Positions 1-10,671 of a stretch of 64,000 nucleotides of DNA are shown one piece after another. The DNA lies in NCBI GenBank assembly GCA_963833985.1, contig CAWIAD010000001.1, positions 2,496,001 through 2,560,000 on the forward strand, in the 5' to 3' direction. Position numbers and translations under genes: made by a program. Positions within the stretch are counted from its first letter, which is position 1. Each line of letters begins with the position of its first letter. The stretch comes from an uncultured Planctomycetaceae bacterium. GTDB taxonomy: Bacteria > Planctomycetota > Planctomycetia > Isosphaerales > Isosphaeraceae. The notes under the pieces are model-generated. The model saw only the letters and a list, made by a program, of their open reading frames with translations, did not search any database and was not told where the DNA came from.

Positions 1-709
1 CGTCCACGCCGGTGCGCAGGCCCAGGTCGCGGAGCACATCCTTGCGCGGACGGCCCATCTGAAGCTGAAAGTTCGAGATGGCGAACTCTTCACAGAGTAC
101 CGCGCAGGAGGTTGCCAGTTCCGTCGTCACCCGGCGCATCGCGGCGTCGAGCCCGAGCCCGGCCTCGACGCAGACGACCATCAGGTCCAGCGCGTCGGGC
201 AGGCCCAGAAAGATGGCCTCGGCCCGCTTCTTCTTGCGGCTGTCCACCACCATGCCCGGCAGGTAGAAGCCAATGCCCCCGCAGACGGCCGTGATCGTCA
301 GTGCATTGCGGGTGATGCCCATCTTCAGAGCCACCAACGGAAACGCGATAAACAGGCCCAGGAGCATGAGTATGAGCTTGATGCCGAAGAGGATGGCCAC
401 CGCGTTCTCATTGCGAAAGCCCGCATTGAGCAGCTTGAGCCGGACCTTGCCCAGCTCCTCCTCGTCAGACGGGCGGAGCGACTGGCCCAGCTTGTTCGCC
501 GCCCTGGTGACCTGTGCCTGGAACTTCTCCTGCCGCCCTGTCAGACGGGTCTCGGCCTCCTTGCGGTCGAGCGTCGGGTTCATGATCCGGCGCAGCCGAT
601 CCTCGGCGCCGGTCTTGCGGTCGTTCATCGCCGAGAGAATGGCCCAGACGGCCATCGTGATCGACAGGAACACCAGGAACGGCAGCAGTGTTTCAAGAGA
701 TACCGGCAC
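1..709 (-). CDS. tadC: Tad pilus assembly protein TadC (T2SS F family), truncated by window edge
   Basis: Manual translation from GTG 709 (VPVSLETLLPFLVFLSITMAVWAI...LLNAGFR...GFYLPG) gives a TM protein directly after tadB. Not in the ORF track; start uncertain. Confidence 0.85.
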   Translation of the reverse strand, partial: MPVSLETLLPFLVFLSITMAVWAILSAMNDRKTGAEDRLRRIMNPTLDRKEAETRLTGRQEKFQAQVTRAANKLGQSLRPSDEEELGKVRLKLLNAGFRNENAVAILFGIKLILMLLGLFIAFPLVALKMGITRNALTITAVCGGIGFYLPGMVVDSRKKKRAEAIFLGLPDALDLMVVCVEAGLGLDAAMRRVTTELATSCAVLCEEFAISNFQLQMGRPRKDVLRDLGLRTGVD

Positions 710-715
710 GGGTCA

Positions 716-1690
716 TCACACCTTGATCGCCACGATCTTGTTGATCATCCACGCGCCCAGAAGCTGCAAGACCCCGGTGATCACCAGCATCTTGGTGCCG
801 ACCGACGTCGTGAACAGTGGACTGATGTAGGGGTAGTTGGAAAACGACAGAAACGCAAGCAGCCCCGGCGGCAGGGCGAGCAAGACGATACCCGAAAGCC
901 GGCCCTCGGCCGTGAGCGCCTTGACGTGGCCCATCAGCTCGTAGCGCTGGCGGATCAGCCGGCCGATCTTGTCGAGCACCTCGGCCAGGTCGCCGCCGGT
1001 GGCCCGCTGGATGATGATGGCGATCACGAAGAAGCGTACGTCCATCACTGGAATACGGTCGGCCATGTTGCGCAGCGAGAACTCGATGGGGATGCCCAGG
1101 TTCTGCTCTTCGAAAACGCGGTTGAACTCATCGGCGATCGGTCCGCGCATCTCCTCGGCCACGAGGTGGAACCCCGAGGCCAGGCCGTGCCCGGCGCGGA
1201 GGGCCCGGCCGATCAGTTCCACCGCCTCTGGCATGGCATCGACGAACTTCTTGATGCGTGCCTGCTTCCGCCTGAGCAGCCAGAAGAACGGCATTGACGC
1301 CAGGAAGCCGGCGCCCAGGGGAATCGCGTAGAAGGGCAGCCGGAACACCACCGCGACCACGATCCCAGTCACCGCCAGCCCGATCACCATCGCCATGAAC
1401 GAGTTGAACGTCAGGTTCACATCGGCCTGCTCGTACAGCAGGTTGAGGTTCTCCGGATTGGGAATCAGCCTGGCCCAGAGCGATTCGCCGGTCAGCTTGA
1501 TGGCCGACGGCCGGAGCAGGATGCCCTTGGCAAGTTGCTCTTTACTGCGCTTGCCGCCGGAGCCGGTGAGCCCTTCCAACCTTTGCTCGGCAAGCTTGCC
1601 GAAGGAGCCGGACATGACAAGCCCGATGGCGCCCACCACCGTGATCACGCCGACCCCGACCACCATCGACATCAGCATCGCTTCATCCAT
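716..1690 (-). CDS. tadB: Tad pilus assembly protein TadB
   Basis: RALRAGHGL, PIADEF, QRATGGDLAEVL and ALTAEGRLSG motifs; operon context. Confidence 0.93.
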   Translation of the reverse strand: MDEAMLMSMVVGVGVITVVGAIGLVMSGSFGKLAEQRLEGLTGSGGKRSKEQLAKGILLRPSAIKLTGESLWARLIPNPENLNLLYEQADVNLTFNSFMAMVIGLAVTGIVVAVVFRLPFYAIPLGAGFLASMPFFWLLRRKQARIKKFVDAMPEAVELIGRALRAGHGLASGFHLVAEEMRGPIADEFNRVFEEQNLGIPIEFSLRNMADRIPVMDVRFFVIAIIIQRATGGDLAEVLDKIGRLIRQRYELMGHVKALTAEGRLSGIVLLALPPGLLAFLSFSNYPYISPLFTTSVGTKMLVITGVLQLLGAWMINKIVAIKV

Positions 1691-1780
1691 AATGATCCTC
1701 GCTCCGGGAGATTGGCGCGGGTCGGGCGGGAACGTGGTGCCGGGTACGTTTTCCTGAAATCAACAATCTTTCACTGGGTT

Positions 1781-3245
<1,465 letters not shown>

Positions 3246-3276
3246 CGCAGATGGCTCCTGAAACTTTCAGTCTGTC

Positions 3277-4461
3277 CTAAAAGAAGGCGGCGAAGAGCCC
3301 CTTCCTGGGCTTGGCTTCGTCGTTCGACAAGGCCGGGCTGAGCGCGCGGGCGATCTCGAGGATGGACTGGTGCGCCCGGCTCCCCGATGCAACGTCGCTG
3401 ATCGGCACGCCCCGGATTCGCGCGGTCTGGAACGGCTTGACCGCAACGGGGATTTGCCACGAGATCGGCATCTTGAGCGTTTCCTCGGCCTTCTTCAGGC
3501 TGATCTCCGTCTCGGCCGAGCCGGCCCGATTGACGACCAGTTTCACTCGCTCCACCATGCCGTCGAACTGCTTGAACAGGTTCAGCAGCCGGGACGTGTT
3601 GCGCAGGCAGGTGAGGTCAAGCACCACGACCATGAGGATCACGTCGGCCATCTCGAAGGCCACGAAATCCGAGGACTGGAGCCCCTTGCTGGTATCGATG
3701 ATCAGGCAAGGGAATGCCGCCTTGAGCAGCCCCAGCAGGCGCTTGAGCGTCTCGGGGTCCACCTTCGCGGCGTCCTCAAGGGCCACGGGGTGGGGCAGCA
3801 CGTACAGACCCGAGGAATGCTGGGTCATCGACCGCTTGAGCAGGGTCAGGTCGAGCCGGTCGAAGCTCTGGACCACGTTGATCAGCGTGTTATCGGGAAT
3901 GATGTCCAGGCAGGCATCCACCGAGCCGAACATGAGGTCGAAGTCAAGGAGGATGGTCTCGAACTGGTGGCTGCCGGCCAGGCTGGTGGCCAGGTTGACC
4001 GCCAGCGACGTGCAGCCGACTCCCCCCGCGGCCCCGGTGATCGTGACGATCTGCGGCCCCTTGACCGAGGACGAGACCGAATCGCCCCGGTCGCGAAAGA
4101 GCCGGGTGAAGATCTCGAGCAGCTCGCTGGCTTCCGTGGGCAGCGTCAGGAATTCGCGGGCGCCGGCACGGATGGACTTGAGGATCAGCGTGCTGTCGCA
4201 ACTGGCGCTGGCTGGCAGCACCAGGGCTCCGGGCAGGGACTGCACCATGCTGGAGATCGCATCGATGGCCAGGGCCGGATCCGAGTCGAGGGCGACGAGG
4301 CAGAGGTCCGGGGAGAGCTCGACCATGCGGCTGGCGGCGACCTTGTAGCTGGACAGCACCTCGGCGATCCACACCGAGCTCATGGAGCTCAGGAGTCGCT
4401 GTAGCTCTTGCCGCGACTCCTCGTTGGGATCGACCAGAACGACTCGAATCACATCCTTCAT
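3277..4461 (-). CDS. cpaE: CpaE/TadZ: receiver-like domain plus MinD/ParA-like ATPase
   Basis: N-terminal REC-like domain (RAGAREFL), deviant P-loop GAAGGVGCTS, ILLDFDL. Confidence 0.9.
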   Translation of the reverse strand: MKDVIRVVLVDPNEESRQELQRLLSSMSSVWIAEVLSSYKVAASRMVELSPDLCLVALDSDPALAIDAISSMVQSLPGALVLPASASCDSTLILKSIRAGAREFLTLPTEASELLEIFTRLFRDRGDSVSSSVKGPQIVTITGAAGGVGCTSLAVNLATSLAGSHQFETILLDFDLMFGSVDACLDIIPDNTLINVVQSFDRLDLTLLKRSMTQHSSGLYVLPHPVALEDAAKVDPETLKRLLGLLKAAFPCLIIDTSKGLQSSDFVAFEMADVILMVVVLDLTCLRNTSRLLNLFKQFDGMVERVKLVVNRAGSAETEISLKKAEETLKMPISWQIPVAVKPFQTARIRGVPISDVASGSRAHQSILEIARALSPALSNDEAKPRKGLFAAFF

Positions 4462-4585
4462 GTCTGTCTACCCGTGCGCTAGGGATCTCGCCGTTCCGAC
4501 ATCCTCGACGGATAGCGGTTCAAACTCGGTGCGGCGTGTCTTGCTCCGATGGCGGAGCTGGGCGAGGATCTCGAGCGATGGCGTA

Positions 4586-5611
4586 TCACGGAAACCTGTC
4601 CAGGGCGCTCTTACCGTCACCATCCATCCCTGCGGTGGCCGTTGTGCCGAACCCCACGGTCGCCGGCTCGTCGTCATCGAGCTCCGGCTTTCGCCGCAGG
4701 CTCTTGCGAGCCGCCTCGTTGACCGCGACGCGTTCGGGATATTCGCCGCCTCTCTTGTCTTGAAGCGGCCTGTAGATGTAGACAAACCGCATCTCTGGCG
4801 GCCGGGCCTCAGGCGGGCGGGCCGCAGGCGGAGGGGGCGGAGGGGGCTCGGCCATTTTCTTGGCCAGGGCCGCCTTGAGCTCATCCAGTTCTTTCTCGAG
4901 TTTGGCCCGATAGGCCTTCTCCTCCTCGTTCTCCTGGGGCTTGGGCTTGGGGCGTTCAATCAGGTCGTGGTCGTTCACGCCCCGCAACGACAAACTCAGG
5001 GGCCCTTTCGCCCGGGCCGCAACGAGGATGTCCACCTGCTCGGGAAAGACGGCCACGGTCACGGTGCGGTTCTGAAGGGCCTTCTCTTCGGGACGGGTGA
5101 AGACCTGGCCGGCCGCCAGCACCTGGAGGTCCTGGAGGATGGTCTCGCCCCGCTGGAACTGGGACTTATCACTGGTCTCGTACCGCACCACGTCCACTCG
5201 ATGTCCGGGCAGAATGAAGCCGGAGACGCCGGATTGCTCGTTGACCTCGATGGCATAAGCACGCATACCCTTGGGGATGTTCGCCACCAGTCCCGGCGGC
5301 GTACCCTTGGCGCCGAGCTTCTTGTCCACGATCGGGTCGCCCTCGAGCATCGTCGTCCTGACCCAGCGCTCCTCGACGTCCTTGAATGACGAGAATGCCC
5401 CCACGGGAACCGCGGATCGGGACATCCGCACGGACTTGACCATGTCGGGCTTGAGTATCTCCTCTTCCTTGAAATCGCGCATGGCGACGAGGATTTCCTG
5501 GGTCTCCTCCTCGACGGCCGCCGGCTTGCTGAGAAGCCTGCGGGTGGCGAGCATGGCGCCCAGGCCGAGCACGACGGCGAGAACCAGCACCATGAGCGAT
5601 TTGCCGTTCAT
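4586..5611 (-). CDS. cpaB: Flp pilus assembly protein CpaB/RcpC with C-terminal coiled-coil and Pro-rich extension
   Basis: N-terminal TM, SAF-like region, IPKGMRAYAI, GVSGFILPGHRVDV, LSLSLR. Confidence 0.9.
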   Translation of the reverse strand: MNGKSLMVLVLAVVLGLGAMLATRRLLSKPAAVEEETQEILVAMRDFKEEEILKPDMVKSVRMSRSAVPVGAFSSFKDVEERWVRTTMLEGDPIVDKKLGAKGTPPGLVANIPKGMRAYAIEVNEQSGVSGFILPGHRVDVVRYETSDKSQFQRGETILQDLQVLAAGQVFTRPEEKALQNRTVTVAVFPEQVDILVAARAKGPLSLSLRGVNDHDLIERPKPKPQENEEEKAYRAKLEKELDELKAALAKKMAEPPPPPPPAARPPEARPPEMRFVYIYRPLQDKRGGEYPERVAVNEAARKSLRRKPELDDDEPATVGFGTTATAGMDGDGKSALDRFP

Positions 5612-5696
5612 CGGAACTCTTCACTTTCCGCCCTGTTGGGCTGTCGGAACACATGACCACGGCGGTGGCCGACCCGGCGCTCGCTCGCTCGCTCTC

Positions 5697-6257
5697 TCAA
5701 CCCGCCGCGTGGAAGAAGAGCCCCATCCAGGCGAAGCAGGAGATTGACCCGATGGCGATGGGGATGCCATACGGGAGCAGCGTCATCGTCGGCTTGCGCT
5801 GGCGGGCTCGCTCGGCGAGCAGTTCGGGATTCCGGATCGAGAGAATCTCGTGGCCGATCGTCTGGAACATCACCCAGTGGCGTATGAGGTTCCCGGAGGC
5901 CAGAATCATGGCGGCGCCGATCAGGCCGCCTACCAGGGCGGTGGAAACGAAGGCATAAAAGGTGAGCCAGGGTCCCAGCCAGGCGCCGACCCCGGCCATC
6001 AGCTTCACGTCTCCGGCGCCCATGCCGCCGATCGCGTACAGGGGCAGCAGCGTCATCAACCCCACGCCTGCACCCCCGAGCGACAGGAGGAGCGTTTCAC
6101 GACCTCCTGTCCAGCCCCAGAAGAGCAGCCCACCAAGAGCAAAATGGAATGTCAGCCAGTTCGGCACGCGCAATTGCCTGCCGTCGATCACCGCGGCCTC
6201 GACCAGGACCGCCGAGACGAGCCAGAACACCCACTGAGGAACCTGCATCATCACCAA
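5697..6257 (-). CDS. cpaA: A24 prepilin peptidase CpaA/TadV
   Basis: IDGRQLRVPN, GGMGAGDVKL, LPYGIPIA. Confidence 0.92.
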   Translation of the reverse strand: MVMMQVPQWVFWLVSAVLVEAAVIDGRQLRVPNWLTFHFALGGLLFWGWTGGRETLLLSLGGAGVGLMTLLPLYAIGGMGAGDVKLMAGVGAWLGPWLTFYAFVSTALVGGLIGAAMILASGNLIRHWVMFQTIGHEILSIRNPELLAERARQRKPTMTLLPYGIPIAIGSISCFAWMGLFFHAAG

Positions 6258-6439
6258 CTCCTTGAACCGGCTCGGCCGCTCGTGTTTCCGATTGCTCTGC
6301 GCCGACAGCCGGGACTCTCTACAACCCAGCCGCCCTTGAGTAACTTGGGTCGCGTAGTCCGCTCTGTCAAATCAGGCTGGTCGATCGTGGTGGGCACGCC
6401 CGCCCCGGCGGGAGCCGGCGTGAGTGAGCCTGGCGCTGA

Positions 6440-6483
6440 ACGAAGAAAGGGTGAAGCGACGGGTTCGTCCCGCGGCTTCACCC
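6440..6483 (-). terminator. Probable intrinsic terminator after the flp pilin gene
   Basis: GGGTGAAGC (6449-6457) / GCTTCACCC (6475-6483) inverted repeat, followed on the minus strand by TTTCTTCGT. Confidence 0.6.
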
Positions 6484-6555
6484 GAGGCTTACCGAGACCA
6501 GACGACGGAGAGAACTGACGGGCCGGTACCTCCGGGACGCCGGCCCCCGGGATCT

Positions 6556-6735
6556 TCACGACGCGGTCAGCGAGGTATTCACGGTGGTGAAGGTACTGCT
6601 GATGCTCTTGCCGAGGGTGGTCACGATCGAGATGCACGCCACGAGGATCAGGGCCAGCATGACCGCATACTCGACGGCCGTCGGGCCATCCTCGCTGACC
6701 AGGAAACCGTGGACCTTGGAAATCAGGGTCTGCAT
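6556..6735 (-). CDS. flp: Flp family type IVb pilin (59 aa)
   Basis: Manual translation: MQTLISKVHGFLVSEDG/PTAVEYAVMLALILVACISIVTTLGKSISSTFTTVNTSLTAS. Flp G|xxxxEY motif and AAGGAG RBS; below the ORF track length cutoff. Confidence 0.95.
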   Translation of the reverse strand: MQTLISKVHGFLVSEDGPTAVEYAVMLALILVACISIVTTLGKSISSTFTTVNTSLTAS

Positions 6736-7073
6736 GGAGATCTCCTTGAACAGGCTACCAAACCGAGAAAACGCATGTTGATGCTGCTTCGCCTGGACCG
6801 ATGCCGCGGAGCCGGTTCTCGAAGCGGTCTGCCGCGCCTCGTTCCACTGGCTGGAGAACGTTCGGTTCGACCCGTTGTCACCAGCATCAATCCAAACCTA
6901 GGTCACGACCGCAAGACCTGCAAAAAGCCTTGATGCCGGCTCGCCGCGACGTTGCCGGCAGGCGACATAAGCATAGGGCCCCGGTTCCTGCCGCCATGTT
7001 CTAAGCTTCTTCCGGGACGCCGGATCGCCCGCGCTGAACTGAACTGGCGGCAGTAGATGACGAAGCATTCTGG

Positions 7074-7985
7074 ATGATGACCGGCTGGACCGCGTGTGCC
7101 GTTGATGAGCTGTTGCGTTCGCGGCATCGCTGTGGCGGCTGGGGCTACCGCAGCGACCTCGACCCGAGTGTCGAGGCCACGGCACTGGCCTGTCTGGGAA
7201 TCTGGAGCTGCCGGGCGCTCACGCAGCAGACCGCCGCACGCGAGGCCGTCGAGCGCGGGGCCAGGTGGCTGCGCAGCCTTCAAGCAGCGGACGGCTCGCT
7301 GGGAATCACCAGCAAACTGCCCAACCCTGGCTGGGCCACGCCGCACGCGGTCCTTATATGGAACGCGCTGGCGGCGTACGCGCCGGCACGTCAGCGCGCC
7401 ACAGCCTGGCTGCTCGAGCAGAAGGGGACCACGCTCACCCCCGAGACGGCTTACCTGGGCGCCGCGGCCGGTCATGACGCGACGCTGGTAGGGTGGCCCT
7501 GGGTTGCCGACACGCATTCCTGGATCGAGCCCACGGCCATGGCGATCCTGGCCCTTCAGAGCGAGCGGCTCGGCGATCATCCCCGGGTTGCCGAGGGCGT
7601 CCGTCTGATCCTCAACCGCGCGCTCCGCGAAGGCGGATGGAACTACGGCAACACCAGCGTGTTCGGCCGGCAGCTTCGCCCCCAGCCTGGCCCCACCGGC
7701 CTGGCGCTGCTCGCGCTGGCAAGCCAGGCGCGCCCGGCCCGGCCGAAAGCCGTGGACCCGGCCATCGCCTACCTGCTGCGAACGCTGCCGGCGGTGCGCG
7801 CTCCCCTGTCACTGGCCTGGGGCGTGCTCGGCCTCCGCGCCTGGAACGCTTGCCCGGTAGAGACTCCGGACTGGCTGGCCGACTCTTTCACGCGGCAAGC
7901 CGGCCGGCGCGACGCCATCACAGGACTGAGCCTGCTTCTCCTGGCCCAGGGGAACAATGTGTTGATCACAAGGAAACCGGAATGA
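7074..7985 (+). CDS. Prenyltransferase/squalene-cyclase repeat (alpha/alpha barrel) protein
   Basis: Repeated GGWGY, QAADGS, GWPW and GGWNYG motifs; stop overlaps the next start (ATGA). Confidence 0.75.
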   Translation: MMTGWTACAVDELLRSRHRCGGWGYRSDLDPSVEATALACLGIWSCRALTQQTAAREAVERGARWLRSLQAADGSLGITSKLPNPGWATPHAVLIWNALAAYAPARQRATAWLLEQKGTTLTPETAYLGAAAGHDATLVGWPWVADTHSWIEPTAMAILALQSERLGDHPRVAEGVRLILNRALREGGWNYGNTSVFGRQLRPQPGPTGLALLALASQARPARPKAVDPAIAYLLRTLPAVRAPLSLAWGVLGLRAWNACPVETPDWLADSFTRQAGRRDAITGLSLLLLAQGNNVLITRKPE

Positions 7986-8962
7986 ACCGGCGGACCTTCC
8001 TCACAGCGGCCGGAACCATGGCAACCGCCGGACTGGCGCTCAAGCAGGCACGCGATCTCGACGAGGCGGGCCTGCGTGCCGATGTCTTCATCACCCGTGC
8101 GACGTCCTACACCGAGGACCTGGAGACATTGATCCGCCACGGGTTGCGGGAACTCGGGCTTGGCCCGGCCACCTTCAAAGGCAAGTCCGTCTTGCTCAAG
8201 CCCAATCTCGTTGAGCCCAGCCACGATGATCCCCAGATCAATACCCATCCCGCCGTCGTCCGGGCGGTGGCCGAGGTCGCCCGCCGCTGGCAAGCCAGCG
8301 AGGTGCTCGTGGCCGAGGGGCAGGGGCACATCCGCGACTCTCAGTACGTCCTGGAAGAGTCCGGCCTGGCGCCGGTTCTGACCGAGGCGCGGCTCGAGTT
8401 CATCGACCTCAATCACGACGACATTGCCGCCGTGCCGAACCGCCTGGGCTGCACCCATCTGCATGAGCTCATGCTTCCCCTCAGCCTGCGGCGGGCCGAC
8501 CTCATCATCTCGCTGCCCAAGATGAAGACCCACCACTGGGCCGGCGTGACGCTGTCGCTCAAGAATCTCTTCGGTGTCATGCCGGGCATCTGCTATGGCT
8601 GGCCCAAGAACGTGCTGCACCACGCCGGGATTCCCGGGTCGATCCTCGATATCGCGGCCACCGTTCAGCCCCATCTGGCCATCGTGGACGGTATCATTGG
8701 AATGGAAGGCGACGGCCCCATCATGGGCACGGCGAAAGCCTCCGGCGTGCTGGTCATGGGCACCAACCTCCCCGCTGTGGACGCGACCGCTACCCGGCTC
8801 ATGGGCATCAACCCCGCGCGGGTCTCGTACCTTGCGGGCGCGTCCGGACGGCTCGGACCCATCGCCGAAACGCATATCAACCAGCGCGGGGAGTCCATCG
8901 GGCCACTGGTGCAACCTTACATGCTGATGCGTTATCCAGCATTCGCGAACCTTCGAGACTGA
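7982..8962 (+). CDS. DUF362 domain protein with Tat signal peptide
   Basis: MNRRTFL twin-arginine motif; VLLKPN, THP, PKMKTH, LSLKN, MEGDGP. Confidence 0.88.
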   Translation: MNRRTFLTAAGTMATAGLALKQARDLDEAGLRADVFITRATSYTEDLETLIRHGLRELGLGPATFKGKSVLLKPNLVEPSHDDPQINTHPAVVRAVAEVARRWQASEVLVAEGQGHIRDSQYVLEESGLAPVLTEARLEFIDLNHDDIAAVPNRLGCTHLHELMLPLSLRRADLIISLPKMKTHHWAGVTLSLKNLFGVMPGICYGWPKNVLHHAGIPGSILDIAATVQPHLAIVDGIIGMEGDGPIMGTAKASGVLVMGTNLPAVDATATRLMGINPARVSYLAGASGRLGPIAETHINQRGESIGPLVQPYMLMRYPAFANLRD

Positions 8963-9192
8963 TCCGACCCGTTGCAGGAGATCGAGCGCATGGAATGAAC
9001 CAAGCCACGAACGTTCCCCGCACCAGTCGACCGGGCGGAAACGTCTCTGAGATAATGCCCCGCTTTAAGCTGTTGCTTTCGCTGCTTTGTTTGGCATAAT
9101 GGTTGACTCTCAGCCACTTCGACCGTTGAGGAGGGCCTGACCGACGCTGGCAGGCGCACGAGCATGGATGTGAGAGAAAGGGTTGCTTTTCC

Positions 9193-9711
9193 ATGGCTCA
9201 ACACCATTTATACGCGTCGTGCCGGGCCGCCGTGGGGGATGCTCTCGGGCTTCATCTGCGGCTTGCTGGCAGGGTTGTGACGCTGGCCCAAAGCTTCCAG
9301 TCTTACGTCGTGGTCTCCCGCGCGGGCAAAAGCGCCAACGGCAGGGGCATCCTGAGCTTGCTGTGTCTTGCCGCCGGGCATGGGACGGTCCTGACCATTG
9401 AAGCGGCCGGCTGTGACGCCGAGGAGGCCGCGACTGCTTTGGCCCGGTTGATCTCGACCCGAGACGAGCAAGGTGTTGCCCAGCCCGAGCAACAATCGCA
9501 GTGCAAGCCGGAAACATTCTCCTGCGCGTTCGAGGGGCGAGAAGGCACCGGCCCCGAAAACCGGGAGCGGCCGCAAGCAGGTCGATCCCCCGGGTCGGAC
9601 CCCAGCTGGGATTCGTGGCGCCGCGGATCCGTCAGTCCCCAGCGCGACCGGCGCGTGAAGACGGGCAACTGGAGGGTGCTGGGACGACGGCAGTCGCGCA
9701 CATCGACATGA
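9193..9711 (+). CDS. HPr-family phosphocarrier, divergent, with C-terminal tail
   Basis: GLHLR (His15 site), ANGRGILSLL, IEAAGCDAEEA. Confidence 0.75.
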   Translation: MAQHHLYASCRAAVGDALGLHLRLAGRVVTLAQSFQSYVVVSRAGKSANGRGILSLLCLAAGHGTVLTIEAAGCDAEEAATALARLISTRDEQGVAQPEQQSQCKPETFSCAFEGREGTGPENRERPQAGRSPGSDPSWDSWRRGSVSPQRDRRVKTGNWRVLGRRQSRTST

Positions 9712-9922
9712 ACCGGTCCGCGCTCCGCTGTAAGCCAAAGTTGCAAAGTCGCTCGGACGCGCAGCCCGCCTTGACCGGTAGGCTCACCGAACGTAGACTC
9801 CGCGGCTGGACCTCGGGGCAGTTCGCGAATTGATGAAAGCGCGAGGATGCCTTTCGGGTCGCCCAGGGTTCGCTTCGAGCGGCCCGGCGCACGCCGCGGA
9901 GATGGTGCGCCCTGGACCAGGG

Positions 9923-10648
9923 ATGGTATTCATGGAACTTTCGGTTCCTCCTCGTTGCTCACTCCCGGTCCGGGCCTGGAATGCGTTTTGCAGCCGGGGC
10001 CCGCGCTATGCGTGGCACAAGACGCTGCGCCGCAGCCTTGGCCGCTGGCCCTCTTGGAAGCGGCGATGGGTTTACGGCAATCCACGGCGCTACTGGACCT
10101 TGCGCGGGGGAGACGATTACTTCCTGGAACAGGAAGGCCAGGCGTCGCGAACGCTGCGCGCGGAGTGGCTCGCGTGGCGTCTGGCGGCCTATCGTCCGCA
10201 GTCGGTTCTGGAGGTGGGATGCGGCTACGGCAAGCTGCTGCGGGCGCTGCGGCGGAACCTCGATGTCCCGCTTGTGGGTCTGGATTTCAGCAGCACACAG
10301 CTCGAGCACGCCCGGCGGTTTCTTGGCGATCTCGACGGCATCCAGGTGATTCTCGGCTGCGGCGAGCAACTGCCATTTGCGGACGGGGCGTTCGACATGG
10401 TGGTCACCTCGGCGGTCATCTTGCACAACCCGCCGCCGGCCGCCGAGCAGATTCGCCGTGAAATTCTCCGCGTGGCGCGGCGGTTCGCCGCCCACAACGA
10501 GGAGACCAGCAGCAGCTACAACCGCTACGGCTACGACACCGCGGACTGGTATCGCAGCCAGGGGATTTCCCTGGCCGAAGTGGGACCGATTCCCATGGAT
10601 CCTGACCCGGTCACGTCCCAGTTCTGCGTGGCCGTGCTCTCCCCATAA
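9923..10648 (+). CDS. Class I SAM-dependent methyltransferase
   Basis: VLEVGCGYG, GLDFS, LPFADGAFDMV; start uncertain (9830-9932). Confidence 0.88.
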   Translation: MVFMELSVPPRCSLPVRAWNAFCSRGPRYAWHKTLRRSLGRWPSWKRRWVYGNPRRYWTLRGGDDYFLEQEGQASRTLRAEWLAWRLAAYRPQSVLEVGCGYGKLLRALRRNLDVPLVGLDFSSTQLEHARRFLGDLDGIQVILGCGEQLPFADGAFDMVVTSAVILHNPPPAAEQIRREILRVARRFAAHNEETSSSYNRYGYDTADWYRSQGISLAEVGPIPMDPDPVTSQFCVAVLSP

Positions 10649-10671
10649 CCCAACTCTCAGGCGAGACCCGC

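Noticed and set aside
6736..7073. c-di-GMP riboswitch or sigma54 promoter ahead of flp
   Set aside because: No GEMM-type motif and no correctly spaced GG-N10-GC consensus found by eye.
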